Of a DNA stretch of 34,515 nt, positions 26,574-34,515 are shown one piece after another. The DNA is taken from the IMG/VR virus record IMGVR_UViG_2667527976_000007. One strand, given 5' to 3'. Under the pieces are notes generated by a model. The model saw only the letters and a program-made list of their open reading frames with translations. It had not been told where the DNA came from and did not search any database. Position 1 is the first letter of the stretch. Every line of letters begins with the position of its first letter. The position numbers and the translations under genes were made by a program. This DNA comes from a virus. Lineage: Duplodnaviria; Heunggongvirae; Uroviricota; Caudoviricetes.

Positions 26574-29264
26574 ATGTCGGGACAGTTTTCAGTCGGCGTT
26601 GTTATCGGCGGGATGATTGGTAGCACATTCCGTTCTGCAATGAGCGGTACCCGCCGTGCGCTTGATTCCCTGAGCGATACCTCACGCCGCCTGCAGGAAC
26701 GTCAGAACGCTTTAACCCGTGCAACAGAACGTTATGGTCAACTGGGTTCTTCCCGGATGCAGCATCTCAACAGCGAGCTGCTGCGGGTAAGCCGCACCAT
26801 GGAGCAAATTGAGCGCCAGCAGCGCCGTCTGTCAGCGGCATCCGCTACCAGTGATGAGCTGAAAGCTAACCGCATGGCGCTGTATGGTCAGGGGATTGAA
26901 GCGTATGGCATGGCACAGACTGTTTATCATACGGTTTCCCCTGCCGTTCAGCAGTCCATGTCTTTTCAGGACAAAATGATTGATATGTCGATCACCGCAA
27001 AATATGACAATAAAACGCGGGATGGACTTGCCGGACAGATAAAAGGCTGGGCGCTTAAATACAATCAGTATCAGGATGAGCTGCAGGAGGCGGTGGGTTC
27101 ACTCATCAGCGACAATATTGATAATGTGTCAGATATCGGTTTTCTGATGCCGGATATTGCCCGCGCGGCAACGGCAACACGCACGTCTGCTCAGGACTGG
27201 GCAAAAGTGGCCGCAGTCTGGCAAAACTCCCTGAAAGGTGCGGCCAGAGATTTTGGTGCCGTTCAGAATATTATGGCTTATGCCGGTGACCAGGGGTCAT
27301 TTGAAATCCCGGATCAGGTCAAGTGGATGCAGTCCCTGGCCCCAATGATGGCGGGTATTGCCAGTGGAAAAGAGGCTGTTGCTGAAATCGGGGCCAGTCT
27401 CCAGATAGCAAAAATCGGTGCAGGTTCCACCGACGAAGCAGCCAATAATTTTAAAAACTTTCTTACCAAAATTTTTGCCCGCGATACTCAGAAACAGTTT
27501 GCTGATCTGGGTATTGATTTGCAGGGATCTATTGCGAGTTATAAAGCTGCGGGGATCTCTCCGATTGAAGGGATGTTGAGTGTTATAGAACGTTACCTCA
27601 ATGCCAAAAGCCCCGAAGCGCTGGCCGGCTTCAAATCAGCCATGAAAATAAAGAATGATACGGCAAGAGATGAGGCACTTCAGGCTCTGGCGAAAAACTT
27701 TGGTCTGGGCGATATGTTCGCGGATATGCAGGTCATGGCATTTATCCGCCCGATGCTGGCCAACATGGACAGATATCGAGAGATCCGTGCCGGTGCTCTC
27801 AGGGCTGCGGATAACGATTTGCTTGCCAGTGCTTATGATCAGCGGCTGAAATCTCCCCTTGAAGCCACTAAAACACTTATGGTCAGCAGTCGCGATCTGG
27901 CAATTACGCTGGGCGATCAATTAGCTCCATCTTTTATTTCTTTGACTCAGGAACTGCTTCCACTCATTCAGGGGGCAAAACACTGGGTAGCGACTCACCC
28001 GCAATTTGTCAGTGGGGCTTTTAAGCTCATCAGTGCGCTCCTTGCGATTAAGATAGCGACTGTTGGTCTCAAACTGGGGCTGAATCTCCTTATTTCCCCC
28101 TTTGTAAGTGTCTGGAAAAATGCTGTTTTACTTCGGGCCAACTGGCTTCGTCTGTCGCTCGCACTGGGGCAAGGCGGTAAGCTCCGCTGGCTGGTGACCG
28201 GATTTAGCGCCGTCGCCAGAGGAGCCAGAACACTGAGTGGCGTGCTCTCCGAGGGGCTGGTTCGCGGAATTATGCTCGCCGGACGTGCTGTTCTCTGGAT
28301 TGGACGTGCGCTGATGATGAATCCCATCGGTCTCGTTATCACCGCTGTCGCGGCAGCAGCTTACCTTATCTACCGCAACTGGGGGGCAGTCAGTGGCTGG
28401 TTTAAACAGCGCTGGGCAGACATTCAGGAAGCCTTTAACGGCGGCATTGTGGGAATTGGTAAGTTACTGATTAACTGGTCGCCGGCAGGCCTGCTCTATA
28501 AAGCCTTTGCAGCTGCGCTGAAATATCTTGGTGTTGATCTGCCGGCAAAGTTTACCGACTTCGGTGGCCATCTTGTCGATGGTCTGATTAACGGTATCAA
28601 AAACAAATGGGAGTCGCTCAAATCCAGTGTAACCGGAATGGGTGACAGCATCAGTGGCTGGTTCAGCGAAAAGCTGGGCATTCATTCGCCGAGCCGCGTG
28701 TTTATGGGCTTTGGTGACAATATCGCGCAGGGGGCCGCCATTGGCCTGCAGCGGACCACTCCGCTTGCAGCTCTGGCCGGGCAGCGAATGGCCAGTGAAC
28801 TGCTCCCCAGAATGCCCGTGAGCATCCAGGGGCCAGAAATACGGGATAACACTTCAGGTGTTCGCTTCAGTATGCCGTTGCCCGATATCAATGGGTTTAT
28901 GTCGTCTGCTAAAAATGCGATCGGAGCCGTAATCAATAGTTTGTCTTCCATGCCCGCTATTCCGCTCTCCACCCGGGCATCGATTTTACCAGGGCAACGT
29001 CTGGCAAATGAGATGACACCGGATGTTCCCCGTATCCCCTCGCCTGAAATCCTGGCTGCCGGATATTCAGGCCGTGGTGCAGCTGCAACCAGCGGTGGAA
29101 CGTCTGGTGGTATCCAGGTCAGCTTTAATCCTCAGTTTTTCCTCAATGGCAGGGAAACCACAGCGCCTGCAGGACTGACTGGTGCCCTGAATATGAGTCT
29201 GCATGAGCTGGAAAAAATGCTGGAGCGTCTGCTGGCTCAGAAACAACGTAAGGAGTACCGCTGA
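26574..29264 (+). CDS. tail tape measure protein
   Basis: 896 aa, helical N-terminal half, hydrophobic central segments, Gly-rich C-terminal region; follows the chaperone pair. Confidence 0.8.
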   Translation: MSGQFSVGVVIGGMIGSTFRSAMSGTRRALDSLSDTSRRLQERQNALTRATERYGQLGSSRMQHLNSELLRVSRTMEQIERQQRRLSAASATSDELKANRMALYGQGIEAYGMAQTVYHTVSPAVQQSMSFQDKMIDMSITAKYDNKTRDGLAGQIKGWALKYNQYQDELQEAVGSLISDNIDNVSDIGFLMPDIARAATATRTSAQDWAKVAAVWQNSLKGAARDFGAVQNIMAYAGDQGSFEIPDQVKWMQSLAPMMAGIASGKEAVAEIGASLQIAKIGAGSTDEAANNFKNFLTKIFARDTQKQFADLGIDLQGSIASYKAAGISPIEGMLSVIERYLNAKSPEALAGFKSAMKIKNDTARDEALQALAKNFGLGDMFADMQVMAFIRPMLANMDRYREIRAGALRAADNDLLASAYDQRLKSPLEATKTLMVSSRDLAITLGDQLAPSFISLTQELLPLIQGAKHWVATHPQFVSGAFKLISALLAIKIATVGLKLGLNLLISPFVSVWKNAVLLRANWLRLSLALGQGGKLRWLVTGFSAVARGARTLSGVLSEGLVRGIMLAGRAVLWIGRALMMNPIGLVITAVAAAAYLIYRNWGAVSGWFKQRWADIQEAFNGGIVGIGKLLINWSPAGLLYKAFAAALKYLGVDLPAKFTDFGGHLVDGLINGIKNKWESLKSSVTGMGDSISGWFSEKLGIHSPSRVFMGFGDNIAQGAAIGLQRTTPLAALAGQRMASELLPRMPVSIQGPEIRDNTSGVRFSMPLPDINGFMSSAKNAIGAVINSLSSMPAIPLSTRASILPGQRLANEMTPDVPRIPSPEILAAGYSGRGAAATSGGTSGGIQVSFNPQFFLNGRETTAPAGLTGALNMSLHELEKMLERLLAQKQRKEYR

Positions 29265-30148
29265 TGTTTGCCGTACTGGGTGATATTGAGTTTGAGCTGA
29301 TTACCTACTGGGACGGCTTCGAGGCCACGTTCGGCGTCGATTATGCGGAGCATGCCCGCATCGGGGGTAAGCCTGGCCTGCAGTTCGTCGGCGACAGGCT
29401 GGACGAAATCCAGATAACTCTGGTTTTCCATCAGCATTATTGTGTACCCGATGTGGAGCTGGCGAGACTGCGAACAGCCATGAAAGCCCATCAGGCACTG
29501 GCGCTGGTCTTCGGCAACGGTGACTATCGCGGCTGGTTCGTGATTACCGATGTGACTGCAACCAGCGAGCAGACTGACAGTACCGGCAACGTGCTGGCTG
29601 TCAGTGCCACCGTGTCTCTCCGGGAATACACCGGTGACCCGAAAAATCCTCTGCAACCACCGGCAATACGCACGAAGCTCCCGGGTGTCGGGGCGGTCTC
29701 CGGTGCCATACCTTCACCTTCAGGGGTGGCGCAGTTCATCCGCAACGGCGTCAACTATGCGAAACAGGCGCAGTCTGTACTCCAGACCACTATCAGCGCC
29801 GTTCGGGTGACACAGAAAATGAAGGATAACCCCGTTGTCGCACTGACCCGTGTGCCGGGGCTGATGAGCGGACTGGGTAATATCTCCGGGGCTCTGGGGA
29901 AAAGTGTTCCGGCGTTTAACGCACTCTCTGAATCCATGCCCGATGCCATCAGTCTGGCCAGAACAGCCAGCGAAGCAGCCACGTATGTACAGCAGGCACA
30001 GTCTGCGCTGAGTGGTGTGGACAAAAGAAATATTGCAGGTGCTCTGGATACCGTTTCCGGGCAGCTTAACGCCGCCGGCACAGCATTCAACCGCATGTCT
30101 CCGGGATTAAGTGCAATGGCCGCCAGAATACTGACGAGGAGTGTGTGA
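29264..30148 (+). CDS. tail protein (Mu N / P2 gpU-like)
   Basis: 294 aa directly after the tape measure, coupled; assigned by position and general resemblance. Confidence 0.5.
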   Translation: MFAVLGDIEFELITYWDGFEATFGVDYAEHARIGGKPGLQFVGDRLDEIQITLVFHQHYCVPDVELARLRTAMKAHQALALVFGNGDYRGWFVITDVTATSEQTDSTGNVLAVSATVSLREYTGDPKNPLQPPAIRTKLPGVGAVSGAIPSPSGVAQFIRNGVNYAKQAQSVLQTTISAVRVTQKMKDNPVVALTRVPGLMSGLGNISGALGKSVPAFNALSESMPDAISLARTASEAATYVQQAQSALSGVDKRNIAGALDTVSGQLNAAGTAFNRMSPGLSAMAARILTRSV

Positions 30149-30360
30149 TGTTTCTTGAACATGTTACCCGTGACGGAGAGCGCTGGGATTCGCTGGCATG
30201 GCAGTACTACGGTGACCCGCTGGGCTATCCCCGGATTATTGCCGCCAATCCGCACGTGGCCATCACGCCGGTGCTGCCCTCCGGGCTGTTGTTACTGATC
30301 CCGGTGATTGAGGCTGAAGAAGCCCGTACAGAAGAGGATATTGCCCCATGGCTGAGATAA
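30145..30360 (+). CDS. tail protein X-like (P2 gpX family)
   Basis: 71 aa; 'RWDSLAWQYYGDPLGYPRIIAANPHV' resembles the gpX signature. Confidence 0.55.
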   Translation: MMFLEHVTRDGERWDSLAWQYYGDPLGYPRIIAANPHVAITPVLPSGLLLLIPVIEAEEARTEEDIAPWLR

Positions 30361-31502
30361 ACAGCACTGCGCAAGTCACATCAGCGTTAACCGGCGTCAG
30401 CGATGTGCTGACACCGGTGTTCACTTTGTGGTATCTGCAGAAAAACATCACCTCTGATATCGCGCCTTATGTCACCCGTGTGACCTGGAGCGATAACATC
30501 AAAAATGAGTCCGATACCATTGAGGTGGAGCTGGACGACACCGATGGCCGCTGGCTGGATAAATGGTATCCGGGCAAGGGTGACACGCTGACGCTGAAAA
30601 TGGGCTATCAGGGCGAGAAGCTGCTGTCCTGCGGTACGTTCTCTATAGACGAGATCGAAGTGAGTTCGCCCGCTTCCGTTGTTTCTATCCGTGGGGTGGC
30701 CACCTCGGTTAACAGTGCCCTGCGGACTAAAACCAGTCGTGGTTTTGAGAACACCACGCTGGCAGCTGTTGCGGGGCGGATTGCCAGAAAGCACCGACTG
30801 AAACTGGTGGGCAGCATTGAGTCCATCAGAATCGACCGGGTGACCCAGTATGCTGAAACCGACGTGGGTTTTCTGCGCCGGCTGGCCAGCGAGTATGGTT
30901 ATGCAGTGAAAGTGGTCAGTGACCAGCTGATTTTTTCTCATCTGGCCACACTGCGCAGTCAGGAGCCGGTCAGGCAGTTAAAACCGCAGGATGTGGCCCG
31001 CTTTTCCCTGCGTGACACCATCAACCGGGTCTATAAATCTGCAAAGGTAAAACACCAGAAAAGCAGCAGTAAAAAACTGATCGTCTACGAAGCTGATGGT
31101 GGTACCCGTGAAAGCGACAAAAAGCTCAAAGGTGGTAAGGTTACCAGCGCTGACTCACTTAAAGTTAACAGCCGCGTCAGCGACCCGGACAGTGCCCGGA
31201 TTAAAGCGGATTCAGCACTGGCCAGACATAACGAATACCAGCAGAACGGCTCCCTGACGCTGACGGGAACACCTCAACTGACAGCAGGCAACAAAATTGA
31301 ACTGGTGGGTTTTGGGCAGTTATCCGGGCCATGGCTCATAACCACTGCCCGCCATGCGTTTGACCGTAACAGCGGCTACACCACAGAGCTGGAAGTGGCA
31401 CGGGGGCCAGTCACAAGAGGGAAAAAACAAAAAACTCAGAAACTCACGGTTTATCACCCGGATGGCAGTACATCGACGGTGATTAAGGAGAAGAAAAAAT
31501 GA
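30348..31502 (+). CDS. baseplate hub / late control gpD-like protein (Mu P-like)
   Basis: 384 aa; size and position match the P2 gpD / Mu gp44 family. Confidence 0.65.
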   Translation: MAEINSTAQVTSALTGVSDVLTPVFTLWYLQKNITSDIAPYVTRVTWSDNIKNESDTIEVELDDTDGRWLDKWYPGKGDTLTLKMGYQGEKLLSCGTFSIDEIEVSSPASVVSIRGVATSVNSALRTKTSRGFENTTLAAVAGRIARKHRLKLVGSIESIRIDRVTQYAETDVGFLRRLASEYGYAVKVVSDQLIFSHLATLRSQEPVRQLKPQDVARFSLRDTINRVYKSAKVKHQKSSSKKLIVYEADGGTRESDKKLKGGKVTSADSLKVNSRVSDPDSARIKADSALARHNEYQQNGSLTLTGTPQLTAGNKIELVGFGQLSGPWLITTARHAFDRNSGYTTELEVARGPVTRGKKQKTQKLTVYHPDGSTSTVIKEKKK

Positions 31503-32095
31503 CTGGTGTCACTCGTCAGGTCGGTACGGTCAGTGCCGTTGATGCCGACAGGGTTCAGGCCCGCGTTCGTCTGCCTGAATGCGATAACCTGCGCACAAAC
31601 TGGCTTAACGTGCTGCAGCGCAATACCCAGGATAACAAAGATTACTGGCTCCCTGACGTGGGGGAGCAGGTTGAGGTGCTGCTCGATGCCAACGGCGAGG
31701 ATGGTGTTATTCTGGGCGCGGTGTATTCAGACGTCGATAAACCACCGTTCAGTGACAAAAATATCCGGGGAACCCGGTTTGCTGATGGTGCAGAGTACAG
31801 CTACAACCGGAAGACGCACACTCTGACCATCCGGGGCGGCATTGAGCATATTGTCATTGAGTGTGGTGCTGATGTGGTATTGAAAACACAGAAAGCCACG
31901 ATTGACGCACCGGAAACCGAACTTACCGGAGATCTGCGTGTCAGGGGTAAGCTGATTTACGAAGGAGGCATGGCGGGTTCTGGTGGTGAAGGTGTTACCG
32001 CGACCATCCATGGCAATATCGAGATTAAAGGGAATGCCCATGCCACGGGCAGTATGTTGTCTGATGGCGAAAACTCCAGCCACCACTCCCACTGA
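31499..32095 (+). CDS. baseplate central spike protein (gpV / Mu gp45-like)
   Basis: 198 aa with an N-terminal OB-like region and Gly-rich C-terminal segment; coupled to the upstream gene. Confidence 0.6.
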   Translation: MTGVTRQVGTVSAVDADRVQARVRLPECDNLRTNWLNVLQRNTQDNKDYWLPDVGEQVEVLLDANGEDGVILGAVYSDVDKPPFSDKNIRGTRFADGAEYSYNRKTHTLTIRGGIEHIVIECGADVVLKTQKATIDAPETELTGDLRVRGKLIYEGGMAGSGGEGVTATIHGNIEIKGNAHATGSMLSDGENSSHHSH

Positions 32096-32149
32096 GCTTT
32101 TTAAACGCCTTTAATATCAGCGTTCCCGCACGGGGGCAATACTGCCCCC

Positions 32150-32497
32150 ATGAAAACAACCTCAGTATTCTGGCAACCGACCCTGCAGGCTCCCGGCGAA
32201 ATTGTCCGGGGGCTGGATGATATCCGGCAGGCGATTCAAATTATCCTGCGGACTCCCCGCGGCAGCGACCCGCATCGCCCGGAGTTCGGCAGCAATCTGC
32301 ATCTTTATATCGACTGGCCTGTAGACCGGGCCATTCCGCATGTGGTGCGCGAATCCGTCGATGCCATCCGGCGCTGGGAGCCCCGCTGCCAGCTTATGTC
32401 AGTTAAACCCGCCGTCGACGGCGAACATCTTACGCTCCGGGTGAGCTGGAAAGGCTCAGACGGACAGACCCGGACTCAGGAGCTGCTATGGCGCTGA
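32150..32497 (+). CDS. baseplate wedge protein (GPW / gp25-like)
   Basis: 115 aa; size and position of the gp25-like baseplate protein. Confidence 0.6.
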   Translation: MKTTSVFWQPTLQAPGEIVRGLDDIRQAIQIILRTPRGSDPHRPEFGSNLHLYIDWPVDRAIPHVVRESVDAIRRWEPRCQLMSVKPAVDGEHLTLRVSWKGSDGQTRTQELLWR

Positions 32498-33591
32498 CAG
32501 AACCCGATTTTATTGAACGCGATGCCGACAAAATCACGGCAGAAATGATTGCGAAGTATGAAGCGGATACCGGCAAAACGCTGTACCCGGCACAGGCAGA
32601 ACGTCTGCTGATTGATCTGTGGGCCTATCGCGAAATGCTGGTCAGGGTTGCGGTACAGGAGGCAGCAAAGCAGAATCTGGTCGCCTTTGCCCGTGAGCCG
32701 ATGATTGATTACCTCGGTGAACTGGTCGGTGTATACCGTCTTGCCGCGCAGCCTGCCACTACCACGCTCCAGTTCTCCGTAGATGAGGCACTGGCCATTG
32801 ATGTGCTGATCCCGGCAGGCACCCGCGTCAGCGCTTCCGACAGCGTTATTTTTGCCACCGATACAGATGTGGTACTGAAGGCCGGATTGCTGCTGGTCAA
32901 TGTCACGTCCACCTGTACCGAACCCGGTACCGCTGGTAACGGCTGGCAACCTGCGCAGGTCAGTCAGTTACTCGATGAGATTGATAACGTCGACCTGCTG
33001 GTGAGCAATCTGACGGCCAGTTCCGGCGGTTCAGAACAGGAAGACGATGACAGGCTCCGGGAGCGTATCAGGCTGGCCCCGGAGTCATTCACCAATGCCG
33101 GAAGCCGTGGCGCATACCGCTTTCATGCCATGCAGGCCCATCCCAACATTGTCGATGTTGCTGTGCTTTCCCCGGTTCCCGGGACCGTAGATCTGTATCC
33201 GCTGCTCAGTACCGGTCTGCCGGACGGCGGTGTTCTCACGCTGGTAGAGAGTTTCTGCTCTGATGAGAAAGTCAGGCCACTCACTGATACAGTGCGGGCT
33301 AAAACACCAGTGAAGGTGGATTACACCATTGAAGCCAGGATTACGATCTATCGTGATCAGGATGCCAGGTCTGTAAAAGATGCCGCTAACAGCGCCATAC
33401 AGAACTGGGTGGCATCACGTGCCGCCACGCTGGGGCGCGATATTGTCCCCAGCCAGATTATCAGTGCATTGTCCGTTTCCGGGGTGTACCAGGTTGAACT
33501 GGTGACACCGGCACTGCGGGTGGTGGCAGAAAACGAATGGGCAAACTGTACGGCAATCACTCTTAACATGACTGGAGTGTCTGATGACTGA
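32488..33591 (+). CDS. baseplate J-like protein (Mu gp47-like)
   Basis: 367 aa following the GPW-like gene with overlapping start. Confidence 0.65.
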   Translation: MALTEPDFIERDADKITAEMIAKYEADTGKTLYPAQAERLLIDLWAYREMLVRVAVQEAAKQNLVAFAREPMIDYLGELVGVYRLAAQPATTTLQFSVDEALAIDVLIPAGTRVSASDSVIFATDTDVVLKAGLLLVNVTSTCTEPGTAGNGWQPAQVSQLLDEIDNVDLLVSNLTASSGGSEQEDDDRLRERIRLAPESFTNAGSRGAYRFHAMQAHPNIVDVAVLSPVPGTVDLYPLLSTGLPDGGVLTLVESFCSDEKVRPLTDTVRAKTPVKVDYTIEARITIYRDQDARSVKDAANSAIQNWVASRAATLGRDIVPSQIISALSVSGVYQVELVTPALRVVAENEWANCTAITLNMTGVSDD

Positions 33592-34162
33592 GCCATTACA
33601 ACTCCCGCCACCGCTTGAGGGTGATATCAGTCTCAGGACGCTGGGAAGACTGGCAGGACGGCTGGATAACATCGACCTGAGCGTACTGATGGTCTTTCTC
33701 GTCGATATCGTCGACAGTTCCGCGCTGCCATGGCTGGGCGAGCAGTTCTCACTGTCTGGCGATGGCTGGGAGCTGGCGGAATCGGACGATGTTCGCCGCA
33801 TGCTTATAAAAGCAGCCATCGAACTGCACCGGTATAAAGGGACGCCGTGGTCAATCCGGGAAGTTATCCGCCGTTTTGGCTTTGGTGAAGTGGATCTGAT
33901 TGAAGGCACAGGTCGTCTCAGTTACGACGGCAATCGCAGCTATAACGGACTGTTTGTTCATGGAGATGCAGCCGCCTGGGCAGTTTATCGCGTTATTCTG
34001 AAACAGCCCATTACTAACGATCAGGCCGCGATGCTGCGTCAGACGCTGGCTGCATTTGCACCGGCCCGCTGCCATCTGGCCAGCCTGGAGTATCAGTCTG
34101 TGGCCATTCGCTATAACAATACCGCCATCCATGATGGCAGTTATAACCACGGGAGCAGTTGA
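33584..34162 (+). CDS. tail protein I-like (Mu gp48 / P2 gpI-like)
   Basis: 192 aa between the J-like gene and the tail fibre gene. Confidence 0.55.
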   Translation: MTEPLQLPPPLEGDISLRTLGRLAGRLDNIDLSVLMVFLVDIVDSSALPWLGEQFSLSGDGWELAESDDVRRMLIKAAIELHRYKGTPWSIREVIRRFGFGEVDLIEGTGRLSYDGNRSYNGLFVHGDAAAWAVYRVILKQPITNDQAAMLRQTLAAFAPARCHLASLEYQSVAIRYNNTAIHDGSYNHGSS

Positions 34163-34164
34163 TT

Positions 34165-34515
34165 ATGGGAAACCTGAATGAAACAGAAAAGTGGGAAGAA
34201 AATATCTATCAACTGGAGACATCAGATCCGGTTCTGGGTGGTGCAGACGGGATATCAAATCGAGCCCCCCGGCAACTGGCAAACAGGACGAAATGGCTGA
34301 AGAAGAAAACGGAGGAAGCCGCACAGTCACTGGCTGAACACGTACGTTCCCGTAACCACCCGGACGCGACACTGACAGCTAAGGGGTTCACCCAACTGAG
34401 CAGTGCCACCAACAGCACCTCTGAAACGCTGGCCGCCACACCAAAAGCGGTCAAGGCTGCATACGACCTGGCAGCCGGCAAGGCGCCTGCCAGCCACACT
34501 CACCCGTGGAGTCAG
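34165..34515 (+). CDS. tail fibre protein, N-terminal part (truncated by window end)
   Basis: ATG at 34165 open to the window end (117 codons); contains 'GFTQLSSATNSTSETLAATPKAVKAAYD', a motif widespread at tail-fibre N-termini. Confidence 0.7.
   Translation, partial: MGNLNETEKWEENIYQLETSDPVLGGADGISNRAPRQLANRTKWLKKKTEEAAQSLAEHVRSRNHPDATLTAKGFTQLSSATNSTSETLAATPKAVKAAYDLAAGKAPASHTHPWSQ

Overview
The window opens with the first ~169 codons of the host arginine:agmatine antiporter gene adiC, which stops matching AdiC after '...GIAVF' and terminates at 508-510. Everything from about 511 to the window end reads as one large Mu-like transposable prophage that continues past 34515. Calls rest on reading the supplied translations by eye, on gene order and on a few start-codon checks in the DNA; no database search was possible. 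Layout: (i) a leftward early operon, 8917 down to 674, with Ner-like and HTH regulators, a DUF3102-like protein, a MuA-like DDE transposase, a MuB-like ATPase, a Gam-like protein, small unknown ORFs, GemA-like and Mor/C-like proteins; (ii) a divergent switch region at 8918-9005 with an XRE-type HTH gene on the + strand; (iii) an AT-rich block, about 8930-11700, carrying a translationally coupled two-gene operon: a full-length YejK/NdpA-like nucleoid-associated protein plus a 401-aa protein with two C-terminal transmembrane helices, then a convergent Dam-family methyltransferase; (iv) a rightward late region with lysis cassette, terminase, portal, head genes, and a contractile tail module ending in a truncated tail-fibre gene. 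The best candidate for an undescribed system is the HTH / NdpA-like / 2TM-protein module at 9006-11699. No tRNA, rRNA or CRISPR array was seen.
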